This document shows positions 51,712 to 64,000 of a DNA stretch of 64,000 nucleotides, one piece after another. Within the stretch, counting starts at the first letter, position 1. The number at the start of each line of letters is the position of its first letter. The stretch covers positions 116,624,001 through 116,688,000 of the forward strand of contig CM059432.1 of NCBI GenBank assembly GCA_030390025.1, read 5' to 3'. A model generated the notes under the pieces. That model ran no database searches and was not told where the DNA came from. It worked only from the letters and a program-made list of their open reading frames with translations. The translations under genes were made by a program, and so were the position numbers. The stretch comes from Squalus acanthias (Eukaryota).

Positions 51712-54700
51712 ATAAGAACATAAGAAATAGGAGCAGGAGTAGGCCATTTGGCCCTTCGAGCCTGCTCCGCCATTCAATGAGATCATGGCTGATCTTCTAC
51801 CTCATCTCCACTTTCCTGCACTATCCCCATCTCCCTTGATTCCCTTAATATCCAAAAATCTATCGATTTCTGTCTTGAATATACTCAACGACTGAGTCTT
51901 CACAGCCCTCTGGGGTAGAGAATTCCAAAGATTCACCACCCTCTCAGTGAAGAAATTTCTCCTCATCTCAGTCCTAAATGGCCGACCCCTTATTCTGAGA
52001 CTGTGATCCCTGGTTCTAGGCTCCCCAGCCAGGGTAATCATCCTCCCTGCATCTACCCTGTCAAGCCCTGTAAGAATTTTGTATGCTTCAATGAGATTAC
52101 CTCTCATTCTTCTAAACTCCAGAGAATATAGGCCTAGTCTACTCAATCTCTCCTCATAGGACAATCCCCCCATCCCAGGAATCAGTCTGGTGAACCTTCA
52201 TTGCACTCCCTCTATGGCAAGTATATCCTTCCTTAGGTAAGGAGAACAAAACTGTACACAATGCTCCAGGTGTGATCTCACCAGGGCCCTATATAATTGC
52301 AGTAAGACTTCTTTACTCTTATACTCAAATCCTCTTGTAATAAAGGCCAACATACCATTTGCTTTCCTAATTGCTTGCTGTACCTGCATGTTAACTTTCA
52401 GTGATTCGTGTACAAGGACACCCAGGTCCCTCTGAACACCAACATTTCCCAATCTCTCACCATTTAAAAAATACTCTGCTTTTCTATTTTTTGTACCAAA
52501 GTGGATAACTTCACATTTCTCCACATTATATTCCATTTGCCATGTTCTTGCCCACTCACTTAGAACATAAGAAGAACAGGAGAAGGCCATCCCGCCCCTT
52601 GAGCCATAGCTTGTCTATATCCCCTTGAAGCCTCTTTGCATCCTCCTCATAACTTACATTCCCACCTAGCTTTGTATCATCAGCAAACTTGGATATATTA
52701 CATTTGGTCCCCTCATCCAAATCATTGATATAGATTGTGAATAGCTGAGGCCCAAGCACTGATCCTTGCGGTACCCCACTAGTTACACCCTACCAACCAA
52801 AAATGACCCGTTTATTCCTACTCTCTGTTTTCTGTCTGTTAACCAATCCTCTAATTTTATTTAATAACCTCTTGTGTGGCACCTTATCGAATGCCTTCTG
52901 AAAATCCAAATACACCACATCCACTGGTTTCCCCCTTATCTATTCTGCTAGTTACAACCTCAAAAAACTCTAACAGATTCGTCAAACGCGATTTTCCTTT
53001 CATAAATCCATGTTGACTCTGCCCAATCCTATTATTATTTTCTAAGTGCCCTGTTACCACATCCTTAATAACAGATTTTAGCATTTTCCCAACTACTGAT
53101 GTCAGGCTAACTGGTCTGTAGTTCCCTGTTTTCTCTCTCACTCCTTTCTTAAATAGTGGGGTTACATTTGCTACCTTCCAATCCGCTGGGACCGTTCTAG
53201 AATCTATGGAATTTTGGAAGATGACAACGAATGCATCCACTATCTCTTTAGCCACCTCTTTTAAAACCCCAGGATGTAGGCCATCAGGTCCAGGGGATTT
53301 ATCAGCTTTCGGTCCCATTAATTTCTCCAGTACTATTTTTTTACTAATACTAATTTCTTTCAATTCCTCATTCTCGCTAGACCCTTGGTTCTCCACTATT
53401 TCTGGGAAGTTTTTTCCATCTTCTTCCGTGAAGACAGACACAAAGGCCGGAATTTTTCCGGCGCTCACGGGGCAAGTTTGGAGACGGGACATCCGGCAAA
53501 ATCACAAAGATTGAAAGTGGGTCGGAAACCAGCTGTCAAGCCGCCTCCAAACAATCTTCCCAGGTGTCGGGTCCCCGATTTGCACATGGACCCGACACCT
53601 AGCGGCGGGAACAGGATTATAGGCACTTAACTGCTTGTTAACAGGTTGTTAACAGGCAGTTAAGAGGCTTTTTACAATTTTGACAGGTCTACTGTGGCCT
53701 TCCCGATGTTCAGACACCACACCAGGTAAGTGTGGTGTGCTGTGGGTCTACTGTAATGTTTCTGCATTGATGACAGCTGCAGATGTGGTGTGAAGGATCC
53801 AATGGTACACTGGTGAGTTTCAGAGGTAAGAAAATGTTGGGAAAATCATTTTTAATGCATTTACACTTTTCTGTATTTGGGAGAACCTCTCTCACCAGTG
53901 ACAGATCGCTTCTGTAAACTCACCTGCAGCGGCCATCTGTTCTAGCTTATGGAGGGAGTCACTGGAGAGCCTGGGTGCAAGAGCTCACCTTTGTACAGTG
54001 ATTGTCAGTGTTTGCAGCACCTCAATGCTGTCAAACACTAAAAAATCAGCTATCCAAAAAAATTGTGCATGGCCCCTTCAAGAAAACCGGCAGATGACAC
54101 GTCATCAACTTATGTCATCTGACACCGGCTGCCTCTTAATTGGCCGGCAAGCCCGCAGGGCGGGCTTAACAAGGCCAATTGATGCAAAATCACGTCTGTC
54201 CATCTGATGTCGTTGGGGACGGGACCTGGAACCCGGAAGGCAGTTGTCCCGCCCCCAAGCCGCATCGATAGGAAAAATCGCGGCCAAAGTATTTGTTTAA
54301 TTTCCCTGCCATTTCCTTATTCCCATTATAATTTCTCCTGTCTCAGCCTGTAAGAGACCCACATTTACTTTCGCTAATCTTTTCCTTTTTACATACCTAT
54401 AGAAGCTGTTACAATCTGTTTTTATGTCTCTCGCTAGTTTACTCTCATATTCTATTTTCCCTTTCTTTATCAATTTCTTGGTCCTCCTTTGCTGAATTCT
54501 AAAATCCTTCCAATCCTCAGGCTTACTACTCTTTTTGGCAACATTATAAGCCATTCCGTGGATCTAATACTATCTTTAACTGCTCTTGTTAGCCATGGTT
54601 GGACCACTTTTCCTGTGGGGTTTTTGTGCCTTAAAGGAATGTATATTTGTTGTAAATTATGTATTAATTCTTTAAATGCTAGCCATTGTTTCTCTACCAT

Positions 54701-55328
54701 CATACCTTTTAATGTAGTTTCCCAATCTACCTAAGCCAACTCGCCCCTCATACTTATGTAGTTTGTTTTGTTTAGATTTAAGACCCTAGTTTTGGATTTA
54801 ACTAAATCACTTTCAAACTCAATGTAAAATTCTATCATATTATGGTCACTCTTCCATAAAGGCCCCTTTACTACAAGGTTATTAATTAACCTTTTCTCAT
54901 TGCGCAATACTAGATCTAAAATAGCCGGTTCCCCAGTTGGTTCTTCAACAGTCTGATCTAGAAGACTATCTTGTATACATTCCATGAATTCGTCCTCCAC
55001 ACTATTACTGCAAATTTGGTTAGCACAGTCTATATGTAGATTAAAGTCCCCTATGATTACTGTATTATCCTTGTTACATGCGCCTCTAATTTCCTGATTC
55101 ATACACTGCCCGACATTACAACAACTGTTTGGGGGCCTGTAAACTACTCCCACCAATGTTTTCTGCCCCTTGCTGTTTCTTAGCTCCACCCAAACTGATT
55201 CTACTTCTTGATTTTCAGAGCCAAGATCCTTTCTCTCCACTGTCTTCATCCTATCCTTTATTATCAGGGCTACCCCTCCTCCTTTTCAATTTTGCCTATC
55301 TCTTCTAAAAGTTAAGTATCCTGGTATC
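51712..55328 (-). mobile_element. CR1 LINE covering most of ORF2 (APE plus RT), decayed, with two insertions
   Basis: VGVVYRPP, GDFN, SDHN, KSPGPDG, FADD and tail; a 48-bp LINE tail is inserted at about 52561-52608. Confidence 0.93.
53445..54285. mobile_element. Harbinger-type MITE, 841 bp
   Basis: TIRs GGCCGGAATTTTTCC / GGAAAAATCGCGGCC; AAA duplicated; removing it restores CR1 GACACAAAGTATTTG. Confidence 0.88.
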
Positions 55329-55682
55329 CAGCATTTATAGGCTTTAAGGAGTTAATTGTACCACTTTCTTCCTTCAAAAGGACTAAGGTGTTGGCTTAAT
55401 GCTCTTTCCACTGAATTCTTTTTTTAATTGATAAAATCAAGGTGAAGGGGCAGGACACATAATGGAGGACAGCACCAAGGTTGAAAAGAGATACAACATA
55501 TTTATATTTTCAGTGGGTTTCCTTTGTTTTTTATTGGCTTTGGGTGAAGAGACAAACCAGCACCACAAAGTGAAACTGTTTTCGTGAGAGTAATGCTATT
55601 CTCAGTTTCAAACTGAGTGCCTGACACAAATCAGTAAAAACTGAAAGGATTTGGTTTTAAAGAGCTAAGTCAAATCTGAAAT

Positions 55683-57918
55683 GAGAACATAAAAAATAGG
55701 AGCAGGAGTAGGCCATTCGGCCCTTCGAGCCTGCTCCGCCATTCAATGAGATCATGGCTGATTTTCTGCCTCAACTCCATTCACCGGCCCTATCGCCATA
55801 TCCCTTGATGCCTTTACTAGTCAGAAATCTATCAACTTCTGTTTTGAATATACCCAATGACTGAGCCTCCACAGCCCTCTGGGATAGAGATTTCCAAAGA
55901 TTCACCATGCTCTGTGTGAAGAAATTTCTTCTCATCTCAGTCCTGAATGGCCTACCCTTTATCCTGAGGCTGTGGCCCCTGGTTCTCGACTCCCCAGCCA
56001 AGGGAAACATTCTCCCAGCATCCACCCTATCAAGTCCTGAAATAATTTTGTATGCTTCAATGAGATCCCCTCTCATTCTTCTGAATTCAAGAGAATACAG
56101 GCCTAGTTTACTCAATCTCTTCTCATACGACAGTCCCGCCATCCCAGGAATCAATCTCGCGAACCTTCGTTGCACTCCCTCTATGGCAAGTATATCCTTC
56201 CTTAGGCAAGGAGACCAAAATTGTACACAGAACTCCAGGTGTGGTCTCACCAAGGCCCTATATAATTGGAGTAAGACTTCTTTACTCCTGTACTCAAATC
56301 CTCTTGTAATGAAGTCCAGCATACCATTTGCCTTCCTAATGGCTTGCTGCACCTGCACATTCACTTTCAGTGATTCATGTACAAGGACACCCAGGTCCCT
56401 TTGAGCATCTGCATTCCCCAATCTTTCACCATTTAGGAAATACTCTGCTTTTCTGTTTTTTCTACCAAAGTGGATAACTTCACATTTATCCACATTATAT
56501 TCCATCTGCCATGTTCTCGTCCACTCACTGAGCCTGTCGAGATCCCCTTGAAGCCTCTTCACATCCTCTTCACAACTGACACTGCCACCTAGCTTTGTAT
56601 CATCAGCAAATTTGGAAATGTTACATTTAGTCCCCTCATCTAAATCATTGATATAGATTGTGAATAGCTGGGGCTCAAGCACCGATCCTTGCGGTACCCT
56701 ACTAGTCACAGCCTGCCATCCTGAAAAAGACCCGATTATCCCTACTCTTTGTCTTCTGTCGGTTAACCAATTCTCAATCCATGCTAGTATATTACCCCCA
56801 ATTCCATGTGCCCTAATTTTGTTCACCAACCTCTTGTGTGGGACCTTATCAAAGGCCTTCTGAAAATCCAGATACACCACATGTCGCCTTTATCTACTCC
56901 ACAAGTTACATCCTCAAAGAACTCCAATAGGTTTGTCAAACAGGATTTCCCTTTCATAAATCCATGTTGACTCTGCCCAATCTTACTATTAGTTTCTAAG
57001 TGCATCCTTTATAACAGATTCCAGCATTTTCCCAACTACTGATGTGAGGCTAACAGGTCTGTAGTTCCCCGTTATCTCTCTCCCTCCTTTCTGAAATAGC
57101 GGGGTTACATTTGCTACCCTCCAATCTGCAGGAACCGTTCCAGAATCTATAGAATTTTGAAAGATGACAACCAATGTGTCCACTATCCCAATGGCCATCT
57201 CTTTCAAAACCCTAGGCTGTAGGTCATCCAGTCCTTGGGATTTATCGACTTTTAGTCCCATTAATTTTGCTAGTACTGTTTTTTAACTAATAATAATTTC
57301 TTTAAGTTCCTCATTCTCGCCACACCCCTGGTTTTCTCATATTTCTGGGAGGTTTTTTGTGTCTTCCTCCGTGAAGACAGAAAAAGTATTTATTTAATTT
57401 CTCCGCCATTTCCTCATTCCCCATTATAAATTCTCCCGTCTTTGACTGTAAAGGACCTACATTTACCTTTGCCAGTCTTTTCCTTTTCACATACCTATAG
57501 AAGCTTTTACAATCCGTTTTTATAATTTTTGCTAGTTTGGGCTCATATTCCATTTTCCTTTTCTTTATCAATTTCTTGGTCCCCCTTTGCTGATTTCTAA
57601 AAAGATCCCAATCCTCAGGCTGACCGCTTTTCCTGGCAACTTTATAAGTTTCCTCCTTTGACTTAATACTAGCTTTAATTTTTTTTGTTAGCCATGGTTG
57701 GATCACTTTTCCTTTTGGGTTTTTATGCCCTAGAGGAATATATGTTTGTTGTAAATTATGCATTATTTCCTTGAATGTTAGCCATTGTATGTCCACCTTC
57801 ATACCTTTTAGTGTAGTCTCCCAATCTACCATGGCCAACTTGTCCCTCATACCCTTGTAGTTTCCTCTGTTTCGATTGAAGACCTTAGTTTCAGATTGGA
57901 CTACATCACTCTCAAATG
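55683..57918 (-). mobile_element. 5'-truncated CR1 LINE
   Basis: 369-aa RT C-terminal ORF plus frameshifted upstream blocks and tail. Confidence 0.95.
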
Positions 57919-57948
57919 TTTGCTCATCTTTAGCCATTGCACCATTAG

Positions 57949-59402
57949 TCTTCTTCTTCTTAGGCAGTCCCTCGGAACCGAGGATGACTTGCTTCCACAT
58001 TAAAAATGAGTTCTCAGGTGACTGATGAGTCCAATGCGGGACCTACAGTCTTTGTCACAGGTGGGGCAGACAATGGTTGAAGGGGCGGGTGGGTGGGGTG
58101 CTTGGGTTGACGTGCGCTGCTTGCGCTTGGCTTCCGCTTGCTCCCGGCGAAGAGACACGAGGTGTTTGGCGCCTTCCCGGATGCTTCTCCTCCACTTTGT
58201 GCGGTCTTGGGCCAGGGATTCCCAGGTGTCAGTGGGGTTGTTGCACTTTTTCAAGGAGGCTTTGAGGGTGTCCTTGAAGCATTTCCTCTGCCCACCTGGG
58301 GCTCTTTTGCCGTGTCGGAACTCCGAGAAGAGCGCTTGTTTTGGGAGTCTCGTATCGGGCATGAGGACAAAGTGACCCGTCCATCGGAGCTGATCGAGCG
58401 TGGTCAAAGCTTCGATGCTGGGGATGTTGGCCTGAGCGAGAACACTGACGTTGGTGCGCCTATCCTGCCAATGGATTTGCAGGATCTTGCGGAGGCAGCA
58501 TTGGTGGTACCTCTTCAGTGCTTTGAGGTGCCTGCTGTACATGGTCCATGTCTCTGAGGCATACAGCAGGGTGGGTATCACTGCTGCTCTGTAGACCATG
58601 AGCTTAGTGCCGGGTTTGAGGTCCTGGTCTTCAAACACTCTCTTCCTCAGGTGACCGAAGGCTGCACTGGCACACTGAAGGTGGTGTTGGACTTCGTCAT
58701 CGACGTCTGTCCTTGTTGACAGTAGGCTCCCGAGGTATGGAAAGTGGTCCACGTTGTCCAAGGCCTTGTTGTGGATTTTGATAATCGGTGGGCAGTACTG
58801 TGTGGTGGGGGCAGGTTGGTAGAGGACCTTTATCTTACGGATGTTTAGTGCAAGGCCCATGCTCTCATACGCTTCGATGAAGGTGTTGACGATGGTTTGG
58901 AGTTCGACCTCCGAGTGAGTGCAGACACAAGCGCGTCTGCATACTATAATTCGACGACAGGATGGGCCGACCTTGGATCTGGACTGGAGGCGACGGAGGT
59001 TGAACAGTTTCCCGTTTGTTCTGTGGCCGAAGAGCTCCTCCCAGAGTTGCAATGCGGATTCCGCCCACTAAGAGGCGCAATGGACATGATCTTCACCGTG
59101 CGTCTATTACAAGAGAAATGCAGGGAACAGCACCAACCGCTGTACATGGCCTTCTTTGACCTCACAAAAGCCTTCGACACTGTCAACCGTGAGGGATTAT
59201 GGAATGTCCTCCTCCAATTCGGCTGCCCTCAAAAGTTTGTCACCATCCTCTGCCTGCTTCACGACGACATGCAAGCCGTGATCCTGACCAAAGGATCCAC
59301 CACAGACCCAATTCACTTACGGACTGGGGTCAAGCAAGTCTGCGTCATCGAACCAACGCTCTTCTCGATCTTCCTTGCTGCAATGCTCCATCTCACCCTT
59401 AA
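57949..59402 (-). mobile_element. RTE-clade LINE with inverted 5' segment
   Basis: Minus strand: LFNLRRL..YASETW..RWTGH..CPTC..H..H and (GAA)n tail. Plus strand 59022-59402: QCGFR, FFDLTKAFDTV, TGVKQ.C. Confidence 0.93.
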
Positions 59403-60044
59403 TATTTTAGATAGCTCTGCCCCTTCACTATTCTTAACCCCTCCCCAATATACTCTTAAGATTTATCCCTCCCCCTGCCTCAATTGCTTAAATTCTCCCC
59501 AAATCTCCTTGCCCCTTCTGATGCACTCCCACTGTAATTCTGGCAGGAGTGTAGTGGAAGGGTCAAAAAATATGTTGGGAGTTCCTGCAATCTCAGCCTC
59601 CCAGAAGTTCAGGCATCTCCAGAGGCCACTACTCCCGGTGACAAGAAGCACATTGGCCTCTTTCCTTGTCTGAAAATTGAGTTGATTTTTCAACAAAAAG
59701 AACTTACATGCAACCCCCTTGCAAAGGAAGCCAAAGCACCACCATTTACAGCTTTCCAAGGGTGGCGTGGGAGGGGGTCTTAACACACCCTGAAGCTGGC
59801 ACCTAACACCAGATTTTGTGGCATCCCAGGGCAGGTGGGCACCTGCGAGCCACCCTTGGTGGATTGGACTTCTGCCAGCATTATGTAAAGCAGAGGATCT
59901 CTCAGGGACCTTACATACTCCGGCAGTCAGTGGTGGGGGCCAGCAGGAGGTGGGAGCATGATCCTGGCATAATTGCTGAGATCACATGCCCAAAGAATTT
60001 CTAGGCTTTTCTCTGCAAAGCGATTGCTACTAGCTCAGCTAAGG

Positions 60045-60460
60045 TGAAACCCACCCCACCATCTGTACAGCTTTCCCCTGCTCAGAGCTCATCGCAATAC
60101 CTTAGAAATCTAAAAGCCTTCTTTCTACACCATGTATCAAGCCACACATTTGACTAATCTGCTTCTCTCGAACTGGGCTAGTGCATGACACTGGGAGTAA
60201 TCCTGCAGTTACTACTACTGAGGTCCTGCTTTTTAATCTAACACCCAACACTTCACTCCCTTTGCAAGACACTCGTCTTCATTTTCCCCATGTCATTGCT
60301 TCCAACACGAATCACGACTTCAAACTGCTCACCCTACCTTTCCAGAAGTTTTTTCACTTGCTCATTACTCCCTTACTCTGGTACCAGACCACATGGGATG
60401 CCCAGTCACAGGAAAGGCTGCTATCTCTGGAATGATAGAATCCCTTATAACTATCACTTT
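60045..60460 (-). mobile_element. Decayed CR1 ORF1 (esterase region) remnant
   Basis: TTAAAAAGCAGGACCTCA..GGATTACTCC matches 25859-25900. Confidence 0.6.
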
Positions 60461-61694
60461 TCTTTTCTTGACACGATCATTTCTTCAGGTAACCACTTAA
60501 TTACTTTGCCACAACGTTGTTCGTAATTCTTCTCCCTTACATTGCTGTCCTTATCTGCATCATAGGTATCGAATTCTAGTTGAGAATTGAGTGCTCCAGT
60601 GCTTGAGTACCAAGCTGAATAACAACTTATCATTGTTTAAGAAACAAGAAACATGTTTCAAACAGGAAAAGTAGTTTGGCCTAACAAGCCCACTCCTTTT
60701 GTGAATAAGGCCAGTATAATCATAGTGTTGTGGTTATTCTTTGGGGGGGGGGGGAACTGTAGGGCAGATCCCCCCTCCCCCAATGCTGGATGCACTCTTG
60801 GGTTACTCCATTTGACCTGAACCTGCTTCTATTTCCAAGTTCAGATCATTCTCCTTGGCCTGATGATCCCCTGGTGCAAGCTCATCCATTGGCAGGGCCT
60901 TCCACAATGGATGCGGGTTTTAGCCCTGTCCACCTGCTATCTCAGCCAAGTGGTCATTCTTCATGTATGAGCCAAGACAGTCAGTGCCGGCAGGCTATCT
61001 GACTGCAGAGGGCATTAATACTAACGTCAACTCATATGCATTTTTCAGCAGGGAAAACTGGATGGGATTTGTTTGTTCCCTAACCCCAGAGAACTGTGGA
61101 CAAATGTAGCCACCGCCCCCCTTCCCCCACTTCCCCCGCCCCCCCCAGTGAGATCAGCTAGCTCAGCACAGACTAGAGATCCAAAGCCAGCAGCCAGAAG
61201 ACCTCCACCTCCTACGCCCATCCTGCTGATCCTGTGGACCACAAAAAAACAGAAAAGTTTTGACCCAGGACCTCCTCAAACTTTCCAATCTGGGCAGGCT
61301 GGGCATGTGTAGCAAGGCCCAGCATCAGGGGGCCCCACCATTTGGACCTCCGGAAAATGAGGCAAGGGCCATGATGCTGTCACTCCCACCTAATTTCTAT
61401 ACTATTATCATCCTTACCCCTCCATACAAGGACTCCGCACCTCCTGCTCTCCCTCCACCCCCTGCAAAACCGGTAAAACACTAGAAGCCCCTCGGCAAAG
61501 CAAAAAGGCAGAATGGATCTCCGCCCAACTTTCCTCAGCTTTGCATCCAGGATTAAGTGTTCCCTAGGTGCAAAGTAGAGGAAAATTGACCCTATTATTT
61601 CCCCATGGATACAACAAACCATACCAAATATTTTTCCATTCGACCTTATGAAATGTTAAGTAGGACAGACTTTTGATATTCCATAAACACATAC

Positions 61695-61839
61695 CAGTAT
61701 TCTGACAAGCCACAAATCAACCTTTCTGTTCTTTTGCAGCCAGGGGCCTTGAGTATGTAGGGCACGATAGGAGATGAATAGAACCACATAATTTGTAAAA
61801 GCGACCAATGCCAGGAAAATGAGTGCAGGGATAATGTAT
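61695..61839 (-). CDS. Most 5' exon of the membrane-protein gene visible in the window
   Basis: TTTCAG acceptor and GTATGT donor; YIIPALIFLALVAFTNYVVLFISYRALHTQGPWLQKNRKVDLWLVRIL; phases 2/0. Confidence 0.92.
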
Positions 61840-62378
61840 CTGAAATAAAAGAAAATTCAGATCAAACACCAGAGTGGCTGATGATAATGGAACTCAGTGG
61901 TGGTTTCAAGGTATAAATAATTTACACAAGAATTTTTATGAGCAGGGAAAGGTTATTGTGCCTAACAAGTTCATCCCGTTTTGATAGATCACTTACCTAG
62001 AAACTCTCCTACATCTAATAGACGGTACCTTATATACACAATTGGGTTTCAGCTCTCCTGCTTCATGTCTTATGAAAGGAAAGAAGAAAACGGGTCTCTC
62101 TGTCTCATCAATATGTTTGAAATCCCATTCTTACATTACTCTTCTGAAACCGTATTGCTATAAATAACATATGCTTAGAATTCAATTTCAACCAACCCCA
62201 ATCTAATATTTGATTGAGGTAAGGGCAAGAAGTGGTTGTGTAAAAGACAACCAAAGGACAAATGAAGGTTACAATGGAGTAATCTGTTTTTTTAAACCAG
62301 ATCCTGTCCATGCAACGTATACTAGTATTGCACTCTCAGTTATTCGTATTAGTATCTTATTTTCTGAAGACGCTGCCC

Positions 62379-63135
62379 GGTCCTGATGTATAGTTCCACA
62401 AGCTCGGTTTACGCGCTACTTCAGCCAGCCGATCCCTACGGGTGTGTACGCGCTGTGTACCCACCCGTAGGGACATCGGAAATGCCAGTTTTAGGCATGC
62501 ACTGCACATGCGCTGGAAACTGGCATTTCCGATCTGTCAAGAAAGCTCTTGACAGATCCTCCGCCTGCCCGGGAGAAGGGCCTCTGCGGGCGGATAGTTC
62601 CGCTTTTTGGAGACCCTCCGCCCGCAGAAAACCCTTACAATTCTTGCGCCTGGTAAAAGCAGGTGTAAGGCCTGCTTTTACCAGGATAAGAGCTGAAAAA
62701 AAGTAAAAAAAAAAAAATTCCCACTGATTTATCATTTAAAAATACTTTAAAAAAGGTAAGTTTACTTTTAGCCCCGTTAAAAACGTTAATTATTTTTTTC
62801 AAAATTTTAAATAGTTAATTATGTAATTTCAAGTCATTTTAAACATGTGTTTTACTATGTTTTGGGGGTGATTTCCATTCATATAATTGACAGGTCTTCC
62901 TGTCAAATGTATGAAGGGAGATTCCCTTCTCTGATTGGCTCCCCATGGCCCACGTGATACCAGGGACGCTGTGAACTGCCTGCGCCTCTGGGATACGTGG
63001 GCCCTGCGCACCGACAGTTTGGAGAGGCCCAGCAGTGGAACTCTGCGCCTCCCGGGAGCCCTCCAGTCTTGGCGCAGATTTTTCTAGATCGCAGCCCTCC
63101 GCCCGCGGGAGGCCTGCGATCGGAATATCAGGGCC
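62379..63135. mobile_element. Probable Harbinger-type MITE
   Basis: GGTCCTGATGT / ATATCAGGGCC imperfect termini, CpG-rich arms and AT-rich core; no clean TSD. Confidence 0.5.
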
Positions 63136-63655
63136 AATGTGTCCAATTCTGGGCACCACACATTAGGAAGGATGCCAAGGCCTTTGAGAAGGTGCAGAAG
63201 AGATTTACTGGACTGTTACCAAGGATGAGGAACTTCAGTTATGTGGAGAAGCTGGGATTGTTCTCTTTAGAGCAGAGAAGGTTAAGGAGAGATTTTATAG
63301 AGGTGTTCAAAATTTTGAGGGGTTTTGATAGAGTACAGAGGGAGAAACTGTTTCCACTGGCAGGAGGGTCAGTAACAGAGGACACAGATTGAAGATAACT
63401 GGCAAAAGAACCGGGGGAAGAAGAGGAGAATGTTTTTACTCAGTGAGTTATGGTGATCTGGAATGCGCTGCCTGAAAGGGTGGTGGAAGCAAATTCAATA
63501 ATAACTTTCAAAAGGGAATTGGATAAATACTTGAAAAAGAAAAATTTGTAGGGCTATGGAGAAAGAGCAGGGGGAGTGGGACTGATTAGATAGATCTTTC
63601 AAAGAGCCGGCACAGGCACGATGAACCGAATGGCCTCCTTCTGTGCTGTATGATA
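63136..63655 (+). mobile_element. CR1 LINE 3' end
   Basis: CVQFWAPH..RRDFIEVFKI plus a tail like 30770-30806. Confidence 0.9.
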
Positions 63656-64000
63656 CTAAGTAGCCATTGTTCATGAATGAGCCTAGACAGTCAGTACTAG
63701 CAAGCTATGTTAGTGCAGAGGGCACTAATGCTGATATCCACATTTTTCAGCAGGGGTCACTGGGTAGAAATTTAAATTTGTGCAATTGCAGTAAGGTGGT
63801 AATTTGGTGGTGATCACTAGTCACTGGATAAGTATTAATTAATCTGCTGTGCTGCTGGGTTGATTGAGTAATTGAAACTGGTTTGTGACCTAATTTGGTA
63901 GGAGTATAGAAAGAGGTACAATAGTAGTGAGACTACACCATGGAGTAAGCTGATAACTGAGGACAGTACTTCCATAATGGGAATTTGACTAGAGTTGGAA

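Overview
Eukaryotic DNA, very probably from a cartilaginous fish (HE1-type V-SINE, HER1/CR1 LINE tails, Deu-domain SINEs). It is dominated by transposons, often nested. The only clear host gene is on the minus strand: four short exons (61839-61695, 51306-51158, 45205-45066, 40496-40396) that splice in frame into the C-terminal 177 aa of a multi-pass membrane protein with a TspO-like motif. The ORF track misses two of these exons. The richest structure is a complete, decayed PIF/Harbinger transposon (11955-19671; 13-bp TIRs, CTG TSD). It has a spliced Myb/SANT gene with an expanded acidic repeat, a convergent DDE transposase, and three LINEs inserted in its promoter. Also present: more Harbinger remnants and MITEs, hAT and Tc1/mariner MITEs, many CR1 copies (one young subfamily with a doubled 3' tail), L2, Tx1, a 5'-inverted RTE, a Penelope-like element with a hammerhead ribozyme core, a 2.7-kb 20-bp minisatellite with a 4-unit relative 4 kb upstream, and a tandem tRNA-Val/tRNA-Leu pseudogene pair. 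I found no convincing wholly new system. Family names come from motif recognition, not database searches, and the ends of decayed elements are approximate.
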